60,812 bases of DNA from Alphaproteobacteria bacterium (GTDB taxonomy: Bacteria; Pseudomonadota; Alphaproteobacteria; RF32; CAG-239): positions 1-60,812 of the forward strand of contig JAZQZH010000010.1 in assembly GCA_045633945.1 (NCBI GenBank), written 5' to 3'. The notes below the pieces were generated by a model that saw only the letters and a program-made list of their open reading frames with translations, had not been told where the DNA came from and did no database searches. Shown piece after piece: positions 22,303 to 32,491 of the stretch. Made by a program: the position numbers and the translations under genes. How positions within the stretch are numbered: the first letter of the stretch is position 1; the number at the start of each line of letters is the position of its first letter.

Positions 22303-22676
22303 TAGTACATAGATGTTTTTACGGCTATATAGATTAAGCCAAAATTTAAGAACATACAAATTACAGCAAGAATTTTGCTCTTTTCATATTCTTGGTATGT
22401 TCTGTACATGCTTATTACTGTAATAATTGAATAAACAATAACAGCTAAAAATGATGCGGTGTAAAAACACATCCAAGCAAAAGCGTTTGAATTCATAGTA
22501 AGTATAGAAATATTTTTTATGAAAACGCTTAAAAAGTTTGTGTTGTAGCCAACTGTTTGTTTTAAACCAATCATTAAAAGGCGTGAAAGCCCAGATATGC
22601 AAAACAAACCAAATACACAATATTTCCAAAAAGCTTCAGAAAGTGAACATTTACCGTGAAAAAAGCGTTCAAACAT
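22302..22676 (-). CDS. Hypothetical membrane protein
   Basis: G.CSL.EAFW N-terminus, three hydrophobic segments, AAGGAG SD. Confidence 0.7.
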   Translation of the reverse strand: MFERFFHGKCSLSEAFWKYCVFGLFCISGLSRLLMIGLKQTVGYNTNFLSVFIKNISILTMNSNAFAWMCFYTASFLAVIVYSIITVISMYRTYQEYEKSKILAVICMFLNFGLIYIAVKTSMY

Positions 22677-22739
22677 TATTAGTCTCCTTGTTTAATTTAT
22701 GTCTTGATATCAGAATATCTTTTGTTTGGCAATGTATTT

Positions 22740-24461
22740 TTAGAAGTAGCTTACAATATTTTTATATTTTTTTACCCCTAATTTCTTTTGTGTTTGTGCA
22801 ATATGTTCGTGTATATCGCCCCATGAGGTGTAGCTATCAATATATTGCTTAGCAAGTGAGGGGGATTTTGATAATTGAATTTCAATTACCTTGGTTAAAA
22901 GTTTATATATTGTTGGTGATATTTTATCAAAATCAATATGCAATAATTTGTTTTCATCAAAGTAGATTGCTTTTGCTTCTAATAGGGCATTAAATTCTAT
23001 TAAGTTTGTTATTTTGTATGTTTCTGTTGGAAAAATAGGTTTTGCACATAATAGCAAGTGCATAATCCATGTGGTATATACTTCTTTTAATTGAGCAGGA
23101 GTGATGATGCGTCTTGCTACATATTCTGGCATGAATGCGATAGATATGCAATCAGCTTTGTTTTCTTCAATAATTGATTTGCATATTCCTGGAGAGTTTT
23201 GATATTCGGAAGATGGTCCAAGCGAATGCCCATTTTCATGCCCAATAACAAGTATATGATCTGCTTCAATGTTATAATATTGATGAAAATCTTTGTGTAA
23301 AAGTGCATCTAGTTTTTTTTGAGTGCGTTCTTTATCGTGGCTAAAGCGAACTTGACGATGATATACGTTTCTTCTACCACCACCTGTTTTTATGGCTAAT
23401 TTATCATTATTAGGAAGATTTTGTGCGATAGTCATACCACCTCTTGCTTGGGCATAATCTCCACTTAAACAAACTAAGTCAACATCAACCATGGTTTGTT
23501 TTATGTCTTCATTATTGGAGACTGTTTGTGTATATTTTGTTTTATGTGGCATTAGAGAACTAAGGGTTGCCATTGTGTCTTTAAATTGAAGTAAGAGAGC
23601 CGTTCCTTCTTTGTTGGTTATGCCAACTCTGGCGCCTAGCATATCTTTAGCTACAACTTCTATGTTATTTAGCTTAATTAGTTTGGCTAAAGCTTCATTT
23701 TCTAATACGGTTGCAGTTAATTCGTCATCATAGTTTTCTCTACTGATGGTAAATTCAAGAGTTGTATCTTGCATTTGTGCCCAGTGTTTGTCTGCTAGCA
23801 TATCCATATCTTCATTGTTTTGGATGAGGGCTTGAGCTTGCCATGATAGATATTCTTTAAAAAGAGGGTCTTTGGTATAAAAAGACGCAACTTCAAGTTC
23901 ATTTGCAATGAGGGAAAATTCATCTTTGAAATATTCGGTATAATCGATTGCTTTAAGTTGATTATTTTCTCTTATAACCATTGTTCGTGAAGACAGTATT
24001 TTTTTTATTTCATCTATTTGGTTATTGTTAAACATGTTTAGCAATATGTTGTGAAATTCTTCAACAGATAAATCTTTGGGGTAGAAGTTTTTACCTTTTG
24101 GGGTGGTTAAATTTTTAAATATTGCTACGGGTTTTTCATCTACACCATTAAGCCCATAAACGCCGTTTATTGAATTAAATAACTTTAGAGCAAGTTTTGC
24201 ATGTTCGTTGTTTTGTAGAGCTTGTTCTTCTAATAAAGATTTTAAGATTATGTTTTCAGAATTGTCTTGTATTAGAGCGACATTATTTAAAATTTTTGCA
24301 GCTTTTACTAAGTGTTCTAATACTTTTTTTTCTGTATCATCAAGATTTAAGTATGAAGAAGAATCTTTTGATAGTAAAACAACATCAGTCATTTCTGTTG
24401 TTGTCATTTTTTGTAAATCATCTATTGAATAGTTTAATTCATAACCATTATATGTTGTCAT
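22740..24461 (-). CDS. Peptidase M49 / dipeptidyl-peptidase III-like metallopeptidase
   Basis: AQNLPNND, HENGH zinc motif, EENKAD third-ligand motif. Confidence 0.8.
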   Translation of the reverse strand: MTTYNGYELNYSIDDLQKMTTTEMTDVVLLSKDSSSYLNLDDTEKKVLEHLVKAAKILNNVALIQDNSENIILKSLLEEQALQNNEHAKLALKLFNSINGVYGLNGVDEKPVAIFKNLTTPKGKNFYPKDLSVEEFHNILLNMFNNNQIDEIKKILSSRTMVIRENNQLKAIDYTEYFKDEFSLIANELEVASFYTKDPLFKEYLSWQAQALIQNNEDMDMLADKHWAQMQDTTLEFTISRENYDDELTATVLENEALAKLIKLNNIEVVAKDMLGARVGITNKEGTALLLQFKDTMATLSSLMPHKTKYTQTVSNNEDIKQTMVDVDLVCLSGDYAQARGGMTIAQNLPNNDKLAIKTGGGRRNVYHRQVRFSHDKERTQKKLDALLHKDFHQYYNIEADHILVIGHENGHSLGPSSEYQNSPGICKSIIEENKADCISIAFMPEYVARRIITPAQLKEVYTTWIMHLLLCAKPIFPTETYKITNLIEFNALLEAKAIYFDENKLLHIDFDKISPTIYKLLTKVIEIQLSKSPSLAKQYIDSYTSWGDIHEHIAQTQKKLGVKKYKNIVSYF

Positions 24462-25485
24462 TTAAGTTTATCTCCACAGTTTTAAATTGATAATATTTCA
24501 TAGTATTTGTTGTAAATGAAGGGTTAATTCCTGCTTTTATTTTTATATCATCAAATGATGATGGGGTTATTTCTTCAGGAAGTAAAATAGCTTGTCTTTT
24601 TTCATATTTAAATAGTAAACCAGCGTGCTTTAGAATTGTTTTATTTGATATGGGTTCAAATGAGGTTAATATAATTAATTTTTGTATTTTCTCTGATGGT
24701 AAAAAAGTTTTTAGTGTTTGTGTTAAAGATTTTATGAATGAGAAATCTTTAGATGTATTGCATGTGGTTTTTGTGTTTGTTTTGATGCAAAATGATGCGT
24801 TTTTTAGTAATGTATATTGTTTAGAATATTGAATTTTTGTTAGTGAGGGATTTTTTATTAAATCAAGTAATTCTTTTTTGTAATCATTAGCAAAAGATTG
24901 TAAATTTTGTTGCTCTGTTTCGAGTGTGTTTTGAGGTATAAAATCTGGAGTGAAAAAAGCATTGATAATGTTTGATAGGGTAACATCTTTTATATCTGAA
25001 TATGTTATTGATTTTGGGTATAGTTGATCTTTATATATTAGCGGAATAAGTTTTGTTATATCGCTTGTAATTATTATTGTATTAGGTGTTTGGATTTCTG
25101 ATATTTCGTGTTGAGTGTGATTTATAAGGTTTTGTAATAAGATATTATCTTTTATCTCGTGTGTTAAAAAAACTTTTGTTGTTTTTTTATTGGAATTTAG
25201 GGCTTTTACTATTTTATATGCGTTTTCTTTTGTGATGTTTTGGGATAGTAAAATATGTTTTGTTTTTTTATTTTTAGAGACAAACATCATAACGGATGGG
25301 ATGTTTGATGGAAGCAAGGGAGATAAGGTTATTGTCTGGTATGAGTTAATATTATCTAATGGAGTATGAAGATTTTTTTTAAAGTGCATTATGTTTGCAA
25401 AACAAAAAAGTATTGAAAAAATCGTGATTAAAAATATTTTTATTTTTTTTCTACGTATTTCTTTTTTGTTAACGTATAAGAGCAT
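24448..25485 (-). CDS. Membrane-anchored protein with degenerate AMMECR1-like C-terminal domain
   Basis: IILTSFEPI..HAGLLFKYEKRQAILLPE...KIKAGI...YQF pattern; LRGCIG motif absent. Confidence 0.5.
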   Translation of the reverse strand: MLLYVNKKEIRRKKIKIFLITIFSILFCFANIMHFKKNLHTPLDNINSYQTITLSPLLPSNIPSVMMFVSKNKKTKHILLSQNITKENAYKIVKALNSNKKTTKVFLTHEIKDNILLQNLINHTQHEISEIQTPNTIIITSDITKLIPLIYKDQLYPKSITYSDIKDVTLSNIINAFFTPDFIPQNTLETEQQNLQSFANDYKKELLDLIKNPSLTKIQYSKQYTLLKNASFCIKTNTKTTCNTSKDFSFIKSLTQTLKTFLPSEKIQKLIILTSFEPISNKTILKHAGLLFKYEKRQAILLPEEITPSSFDDIKIKAGINPSFTTNTMKYYQFKTVEINLNDNI

Positions 25486-25491
25486 TACTTT

Positions 25492-26118
25492 TTAGCCTTT
25501 AATGGTTTTGCATTTTTTCATGTTTTTAAGAGAAATTGCCAATATTGCTTCTTCTAGTTCCGTTATGATTTTTTCATCAATTTCTTTAATCATAGGCTTT
25601 TTTTCGCTTGCGATTTTATAATATGTTTCACCATTTTCACATTCTTGCCAATAACTGATATCTCCATTGTGATATTGATTTGCTTGGAGGTTGGCCTCAA
25701 GCTTATCAAGCATGGAAACTATTTTAGCTTCGATGGTTTTCTTTTCTTCATATTCTTTATATAATGAGTGCACTTTTTTATCTAAAGGAGAAGGGAGCAT
25801 AGATTTTAGCTCTTTTATTGCTTTTTCTTCTCTTTTTTTCTTTTCTATTTTTAATGTAGGATTAGCTGTTTGATTAGCTAGAGTGTAATCTCCAGTTTTC
25901 CCTTCTGCAATATCGTGTACTAAAGCCATTTCTAGCATTTTTGTGTAATTTATTTGTTGCTTTAGATATGGCGCAATCATCATAACAAGAAAGGAAAGCT
26001 TGAAAATATGCATTGCATTATTTTCAGTTGAACCTTCAAATAATAATAAGTCTCTTTTTACTATGCAAACTTCTTCTAATGCACGCATGAAATTGATTAT
26101 TTTATCAACTTTTTTCAT
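25492..26118 (-). CDS. HD-domain hydrolase (YfbR/HDDC2-like)
   Basis: ENNAMH, MALVHDIAE..TGD, EYE..T.EA..V..LDKLE. Confidence 0.85.
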   Translation of the reverse strand: MKKVDKIINFMRALEEVCIVKRDLLLFEGSTENNAMHIFKLSFLVMMIAPYLKQQINYTKMLEMALVHDIAEGKTGDYTLANQTANPTLKIEKKKREEKAIKELKSMLPSPLDKKVHSLYKEYEEKKTIEAKIVSMLDKLEANLQANQYHNGDISYWQECENGETYYKIASEKKPMIKEIDEKIITELEEAILAISLKNMKKCKTIKG

Positions 26119-26133
26119 AGCTTTCCTTTAATT

Positions 26134-27417
26134 CTATTTTGCATTTTTACCAATAAACTTCTTACCATTCATATATGGTTGGAGCTTTTCAGGGATGCGA
26201 ACAGTGAAATCTTGTTGTTGGTGATTTTCGATAAATGGCACTAAAATACGCGGTGTTGCAATACCTGTGTTGTTTAAGGTGTGAGCGAATTTTACTTTGC
26301 CATCTTTATTGTCGCGATATCTTAAGTTTGTACGTCTTGCCTGCCATTCTGTAATGTTTGAACAAGAGTGGGTTTCTCTATAGCAGTTTTGAGATGGGGT
26401 CCATGCTTCTAAATCATATTGGCGATATTTAGGCGCCCCCATGTCTCCAGTACAAATTTCTAAAACTTGGTATGGTAGTTCTAAATCTTGTAAAACTTCT
26501 TCTGAAATTTGAAGGAGTTTTTGGTGCCATCTCTCACTTTCATTTATATCATTTTTGCAGATAACAAATTGTTCTGTTTTTAAAAACTGGTGAACACGAA
26601 CCAATCCTCGTGTATCTTTACCAGCAGCACCAGCTTCACGGCGGAAACATGGTGAAAAACCAGCATAGAGAATCGGTAAATCATTTTCAGATAGAATTTC
26701 ATCTGCATGTAAAGAGTTTAATACAAGCTCAGCCGTGCCTGATAGATATGTTTCATCAGCAGGCATATAATAAATTTCATCTTGAGCAAAAGGAAGGTAA
26801 CCCATACCGTAAAGAGGTTTCTCTTTTGATAGAGATGGAACAGTTATAGTTGTAAAACCATGATTTGCTAGTTTATCTAAAACAAGCATATGCATAGCGA
26901 GTTCTAATCTAGATAATTCGTTTTTGATTGCATATGTTCTAGCACCAGATACTTTTGTTATACGCTCAAGTTCTGACCAATCATTTTTTTCCATAAGTTC
27001 AACATGGTCAAGCATTGGAAAATCAAAATTTGGTATGTTGCCGACTTTTTTAATTACAATGTTGCCGCTTTCATCTTCTGCTACAGGAGATTGAGGGCTT
27101 GGAAGATTTGGTAGGCGCAAAATAATATTATCAAATTCTTGTTGCAAAGAAGCTAGTTCGTCTTGTTCTTTTTTTAGTTCTTCTCCGAGAGATTTGCTTC
27201 TTGCTATAATGTTGGGACGATCTTCTGTTGATGCAGATTTAATGGAATTACTTAAACGATTTTTTTCTTCAGCTTTGTTTTGCGAAGATGTTTTTAATTT
27301 ATTGATATTTAAGTGTAAAGATATCAAAGCATCGATATCTATATTTTTATATCCTTTTTTTTGTAATCCATCAATTACGGCGTCTTTATTTTCAATAATA
27401 AACTTTATATCCAACAT
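26134..27417 (-). CDS. serS: Serine--tRNA ligase
   Basis: MLDIKFI start, GTAE, CFRREAG, RVHQF.K.E, HTLNNTGIATPR. Confidence 0.96.
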   Translation of the reverse strand: MLDIKFIIENKDAVIDGLQKKGYKNIDIDALISLHLNINKLKTSSQNKAEEKNRLSNSIKSASTEDRPNIIARSKSLGEELKKEQDELASLQQEFDNIILRLPNLPSPQSPVAEDESGNIVIKKVGNIPNFDFPMLDHVELMEKNDWSELERITKVSGARTYAIKNELSRLELAMHMLVLDKLANHGFTTITVPSLSKEKPLYGMGYLPFAQDEIYYMPADETYLSGTAELVLNSLHADEILSENDLPILYAGFSPCFRREAGAAGKDTRGLVRVHQFLKTEQFVICKNDINESERWHQKLLQISEEVLQDLELPYQVLEICTGDMGAPKYRQYDLEAWTPSQNCYRETHSCSNITEWQARRTNLRYRDNKDGKVKFAHTLNNTGIATPRILVPFIENHQQQDFTVRIPEKLQPYMNGKKFIGKNAK

Positions 27418-27600
27418 TTGCTTTATCCTTGATTTTAAATTCATTTTGAAGTTCTCGTACAATCTACCAATATTTAAAAATAAAAACAACATATATTTTG
27501 TGACAATATTGGTGATTTTTGTCTATAAATTAATATTTAAGTAAAAAAATGATTGAAAAATAAATAAAATCTTGTACAATCGTGGCGTTAAAATATTTTT

Positions 27601-27667
27601 TTGTCTTGCGATATTATGATTTGTATAATTTTTAAGATGCTTTGATTTTTATCATAGACTCGCAAGA
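27601..27667 (+). promoter_or_regulatory. Sigma70 promoter overlapped by an imperfect inverted repeat
   Basis: TTGTCT-N17-TATAAT; tcttgcga..tatgat (27604-27620) versus atcata..tcgcaaga (27651-27667). Confidence 0.5.
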
Positions 27668-27718
27668 TTTTCATTTATTCGATAAAAAATATAAATAAAA
27701 ATCTAAAAAACTAATATT

Positions 27719-30493
27719 ATGAGAACAAAAAACTTTATGTGGCAGATGATGTCTAGGTACATTATTGCCATGGTTGTGGTGTTTGTTTGCTCTGCTTGTG
27801 AGCCCCCTGTACCTCCTATTGACCCTGTTAATCCTGATTTTGGTGAGGTTGAGTTTATTATTGACTTTAACCAAAATAACGAAAACGGTGAAAACAATGA
27901 GAATAACAATAAAGGTGATGGTACGGCAGAGTCTCCTCTAGAGGTAACAGAGGAAGAACCACTGGATGTGGTTGTTACTCAGGAAAGTAGTTATACAGAC
28001 CCTGATGGTTCTGTATATACTTGTGAACCTAAAGCTAGTGTTGGTGTATATGCGCTTGATAGTAGAGTTTATGCTAAAGATATTGAAGCTTTAACAAAGA
28101 TTAGCGAAAATATTGAGGTTAATACTACTATAAGCGGAGATAACCCTGTTTTGTATTCTACAGAGCAAGTGTTTGCTATTGGTGAGCAAAAAGTGGTGTT
28201 TAATTTATCGCATGAGGTTTTTACTTATGTAAATTCTCAGGATAAACAAATTGAGATGCCATATATTAAGGTAAACGAGGCAAACTTTGGTTATGGAGCA
28301 ACTAATGATTCGGAAATGACGAGAGCTAAAAAATCTCCTATTTCACTTCGAGCATTGAATCTTACAAGAGCTTCTATTACAGATGAAGTTGAGTTTGAGG
28401 TTAGTGCTAGATTTAGTGTTGAGCTTGAAGGCGTTAATACCAAGTCTGAACAATCTAAATCTATTGAGATTGAGATTAAGTATATTGGTATTGTTGAAAA
28501 CGTAACAGAGCTTGATGGTCTTCTAACTTATGATATTGATAGTTCTTCTAAGAATTATGAGGTATCAGATAGTGGTGAGCTTGTTCTTACTATTAATCAG
28601 GTGGGTACATTTAGCAATGATGGCGAAAGTATTTATAGTGCCGAGCCTAAAGCTTATGTTAAACTTAATGTTGCTGAAACAGTATGCTCTGTTGGTAGCG
28701 AAAAGCTATTGGAAAAGATTGTACAGTCTGGTAATGTTGAGACATTGAAAAATGGTGAGAATCCTATAGTTAATGTGTGCAGAAAAGCTTTTGATGCAAA
28801 CGGTAAAAAAATCAACTTTGAAACAAGTTATGAGGTTTATAAAATTGATGAGAATGATAATATTCCATACTTAGAGATTGGTGAGCCTTATTTGGTTGGA
28901 GTTGAGATTGTTGGACAAGATGAAACTAGAGCTGATATTGTTGAGACTAGATACTATGATGTTAAGGCAAAATTTGAGGTTAAGTTGATAGGAAAGAATG
29001 TTAATATTCCTATTGAGGATACTTTGGAATTTGTTGTTAATTATCAGGGTGTTGTCGAAAATCAGGTTTTGGGTGAACTATCATATATGCTAGAAAGTAA
29101 TCTTGGTGATAATAATTCGCCATTTGAGATTTCTGGTGTAGATGAGCTTGTTGTTACAATTAATGAGAATAGTTTTTATACCTTTAATGGTGAGTTGATA
29201 TCAAGTTGTGAGCCTAAGGGATATATTAAGCTTAAGGCAAATAACGAGATGGTAACTGCTGAAAATGAGGGAAAGTTAACTGAGCTTATTAATACCGATG
29301 ATGCAATTAAGAGTTTTGATGGTCAAGAGCCTGTAACATATAGATGCAAGAAGGTTTTTGCAACAGAAGGTCAAACATTTGAGTTTGATTTGTCATATGA
29401 TGTTTATCCTAATGAAAAATATGGATATATGCCATATTTGGAGATTGGAGAGCCATCGTGTGTTGGTATTGATGCAAAAATGGCAACTTATAATGAGGAG
29501 GATAAATCTACTTATTATGATGTTACAGCGACATTTAAAGTTGTATTAAAGGGGCATAATGTTGAAAATCCTATTGAGAAGACTTTGGTGTTTAATATTA
29601 ACTATCAAGCGAAGATTGTTTTGGAACTCTTGAAGACAGAGTATAAGAAAGAGGCTATTGTAGAAGCACCTAAGGCAGGAGTTTATGACTTCTGGGTAGT
29701 TTACTACAAAGTTGTTCGTACAAGAACTTACTCTGACAATACTACTAGTGTAGATGAGTTTTATAGTAGAAGATTTGCTATGGAGGCTCCTTATTTGGTC
29801 TGTCTAGATAGATCTTCTGGTGAGTATGGAGATTTAAGTGGCACTAGTGTTACAAAGGGTGATTTTGAAGTTACATTTGTACAAAGAGAAGAAATAAGGA
29901 CAGATTTCTCTATTAATTCTGATGGCGAGATATTAACTGGTGCAACAGCTGATATTACTTCGTCTATGGTAGTGTCTAGTTTTGATAATGTAAAGTGGTA
30001 CGATTTGATGGAATATGATGCTGGTAATTTACATTTTCCTAGCGTAGATAGTAATGGTGAAGCTGATTGGAGTGAAGCTCCTTGGTGTTTGAATGATAAA
30101 ACTACCTATGTAAACCTTGATGCACGTGATGCTAATGGTGATTTTGCGAGATTTGATCCTCAAAATCCTCTTGAAGGAACATGGTATTACAAGTCTCTTA
30201 GCATTGGTAGAAGAGTTTATATCAAATATGGTGTGGGCTATATCTTTAGGTCTTATGAATTCGTATTATGTTTTTACGATATGTTTTTGTATATAGATGG
30301 ACAAATTTTTGGTTTTGAAGACTGCCTACCTAAAATTAATTCGTCGTCTTTTACAATGACTGAGTTCGAAGGAACAAATGAATATGGACCAGGTCGTATA
30401 TATGAACAAAATGATGATGTTACATATTTAGGATTTCCTGTTTCACTTCATACAATAGATACTATTTATACTCCTAGTACAGTGTCTGACTAG
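27719..30493 (+). CDS. Large acidic lipoprotein with three ~185 aa internal repeats
   Basis: Lipobox CSAC; repeated xEPKx(Y)VKL, PYLEIGEP and YYDVxAxFxVxLxGxNV motifs; TRA motifs. Confidence 0.8.
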   Translation: MRTKNFMWQMMSRYIIAMVVVFVCSACEPPVPPIDPVNPDFGEVEFIIDFNQNNENGENNENNNKGDGTAESPLEVTEEEPLDVVVTQESSYTDPDGSVYTCEPKASVGVYALDSRVYAKDIEALTKISENIEVNTTISGDNPVLYSTEQVFAIGEQKVVFNLSHEVFTYVNSQDKQIEMPYIKVNEANFGYGATNDSEMTRAKKSPISLRALNLTRASITDEVEFEVSARFSVELEGVNTKSEQSKSIEIEIKYIGIVENVTELDGLLTYDIDSSSKNYEVSDSGELVLTINQVGTFSNDGESIYSAEPKAYVKLNVAETVCSVGSEKLLEKIVQSGNVETLKNGENPIVNVCRKAFDANGKKINFETSYEVYKIDENDNIPYLEIGEPYLVGVEIVGQDETRADIVETRYYDVKAKFEVKLIGKNVNIPIEDTLEFVVNYQGVVENQVLGELSYMLESNLGDNNSPFEISGVDELVVTINENSFYTFNGELISSCEPKGYIKLKANNEMVTAENEGKLTELINTDDAIKSFDGQEPVTYRCKKVFATEGQTFEFDLSYDVYPNEKYGYMPYLEIGEPSCVGIDAKMATYNEEDKSTYYDVTATFKVVLKGHNVENPIEKTLVFNINYQAKIVLELLKTEYKKEAIVEAPKAGVYDFWVVYYKVVRTRTYSDNTTSVDEFYSRRFAMEAPYLVCLDRSSGEYGDLSGTSVTKGDFEVTFVQREEIRTDFSINSDGEILTGATADITSSMVVSSFDNVKWYDLMEYDAGNLHFPSVDSNGEADWSEAPWCLNDKTTYVNLDARDANGDFARFDPQNPLEGTWYYKSLSIGRRVYIKYGVGYIFRSYEFVLCFYDMFLYIDGQIFGFEDCLPKINSSSFTMTEFEGTNEYGPGRIYEQNDDVTYLGFPVSLHTIDTIYTPSTVSD

Positions 30494-30510
30494 TCGCTAA
30501 ATCTTTAATT

Positions 30511-30537
30511 AAAAGGGTGCTAAATGCACCCTTTTTT
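30511..30537. terminator. Bidirectional terminator
   Basis: aaaagggtgc-taaat-gcaccctttt. Confidence 0.8.
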
Positions 30538-30542
30538 GTTGT

Positions 30543-31421
30543 TTAATTAAATTTGGTCCATTCACGGATATTGTTAACTAAAAAGTCAGGAAGAGTATCA
30601 AGTCCGGAGGTGCCAGAGGCTTTTTTGTGGCCTCCGCCACCAAGAGATGATGCTATTTCTGAAACATCAACGTTTTCTTTAGTGGTTCTAAAAGATAGGT
30701 TCCACTTAGAGCGTTTATTTAGAGAAAAACTTATCATGAAATCGTAGTTGTTGATGTTATCAAGAGATTCAAAGAAATCGCTTCCTGCTTGAGGCATGTT
30801 AACTGCAATAAATCTTAGGTTTTTGTATTTGCCTTCGAATGCCATATTACGAACCAGACGATAATCACGATGTTTTATGTATGATAATATGGCTTTTCCT
30901 TTTTCGACCATTAGGGGGATGTCTATTTTATTTTCAAACAAATCTTTCCAAATATGTTCGTATGGGCGATTTACGCCTAATGATTGAAAAGCATATTCAA
31001 ATGGGCGAACTCTTTTGTCTCTTAAATCGAATAAATCGTTTAATGCTAATAATTTTACACCAATTGGAACTTCTTGATTTGGGAAAAAATAGTTCCAAGT
31101 TAGTTCTATTGCTGCGGTTCCAACAGAACGTAATCCTTTAATGCCAAAACCACCGGCTTGTTTTAGATAGTTTTCGTATGCCTCAATTGCGGATGCGTGA
31201 TGATCTATCCAAATAAGATTTTTAGTGTTGTGTAATTTAAACATATATTCCATTGGAAAAGATACATCGCAAATTACTATATCTTCGTGCTTGTCTATTT
31301 CGCTATATGGAATTTCGCCATCGTAATTAAATCCGAGTAGCTCACAATCTTTATGGGCATATTTTACAATAGCGGCAGAGCCTTTGCCATCATGATCGGC
31401 TGAATGATAGATACATAGCAT
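30543..31421 (-). CDS. DHH/DHHA1 family phosphoesterase
   Basis: H.ADHDG, CDVS, WIDHH, SFRT..VDVS.IA..LGGGGHKKASG. Confidence 0.9.
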   Translation of the reverse strand: MLCIYHSADHDGKGSAAIVKYAHKDCELLGFNYDGEIPYSEIDKHEDIVICDVSFPMEYMFKLHNTKNLIWIDHHASAIEAYENYLKQAGGFGIKGLRSVGTAAIELTWNYFFPNQEVPIGVKLLALNDLFDLRDKRVRPFEYAFQSLGVNRPYEHIWKDLFENKIDIPLMVEKGKAILSYIKHRDYRLVRNMAFEGKYKNLRFIAVNMPQAGSDFFESLDNINNYDFMISFSLNKRSKWNLSFRTTKENVDVSEIASSLGGGGHKKASGTSGLDTLPDFLVNNIREWTKFN

Positions 31422-31449
31422 TTGTATTTTCCTTTTTGTTATTAAATAA

Positions 31450-32484
31450 TTAAAAAGCTGGGTTTCCCTTTGTGTTTATATAGCTCATTAGACCATTCTT
31501 GCATAATTTTTTATATATTGGTCTGTTAAGTTTTAGAGTTGATATTACGTCACGCGGGGAACAATTAGGGCATAAATTGTTTGTTTGCTCAACATTGTTT
31601 TTTATCGTTTTAATAGTTGCGCTTGGCAATTCGTGTCTGCCTATGCATGAAGATAAATATACATAACATTCGTCATTATCTTTTAGATAATCAATTGCTA
31701 ATTTTCTTGCATATAAATTTAGGCTTAAATCTGCTTTGCTTGCATCTTTAGTCCAAGGAGATCCTCCACCAACAGGGCAGGCTGTTGAATAAAAATCGCA
31801 GGCAAGTTTTCGGCCAGTTATGCCACAATCTGCTATTGAAGAATGGCATGTGTATGCACCGGTTCCATTAATGATGATATTATCAGGTTTAGAGCCTAAA
31901 GTTTCTATTATAAAAGATGTTAAATCTTCTTTTTTCAGCATTGGAATGGCAACAATTGCTGTTTTTATGTGGTTGTTTTCATCAATAGTTATTTGAGTTT
32001 TTATATCAAGACCTAAGTTTGTTGATTTGAGTGCTTTTTGATATAAAGCATTGTTTAGTTTTTTAGCCAAAAATAGCTCATAATTGATGGACCCTTCTCC
32101 TTTTTTAGCGTAGCCAACAAAAACACCTTGATCCCCCCAACCATTACTATTTACACCTTGGCCAATTTCTGGTGATTGAGCGCTAATTAGGTTTGTAATT
32201 TTTAATTTATTGATATTTATAGCATTATCTTGCCAGATACTATTATATTTTTCATCATAACCGATATCTCTTAGAGATTTTTTTACCCATTTTCTTAAAT
32301 GGTTTATTTTTATATTTCCGGTTATTTCGCCGCCTAATATAATATAGTTATTTTTTACCATAACTTCTACAGCATAGCGTACGTTTTGGTCTTGCTTTAA
32401 GCATTCATCTAGTATTGACGAGGAAATGTAATCAGCAATCTTATCTGGGTGTCCTAAAGACACATATTCTGCAGTTTTATTCAT
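31450..32484 (-). CDS. metK: S-adenosylmethionine synthetase, divergent and compact
   Basis: GHPDKIAD, GDQG, DIKTQ, DCGITGRK, GGG..TKD.SKAD; start MNKTAE at 32484. Confidence 0.9.
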   Translation of the reverse strand: MNKTAEYVSLGHPDKIADYISSSILDECLKQDQNVRYAVEVMVKNNYIILGGEITGNIKINHLRKWVKKSLRDIGYDEKYNSIWQDNAININKLKITNLISAQSPEIGQGVNSNGWGDQGVFVGYAKKGEGSINYELFLAKKLNNALYQKALKSTNLGLDIKTQITIDENNHIKTAIVAIPMLKKEDLTSFIIETLGSKPDNIIINGTGAYTCHSSIADCGITGRKLACDFYSTACPVGGGSPWTKDASKADLSLNLYARKLAIDYLKDNDECYVYLSSCIGRHELPSATIKTIKNNVEQTNNLCPNCSPRDVISTLKLNRPIYKKLCKNGLMSYINTKGNPAF

Positions 32485-32491
32485 AAAAGTT

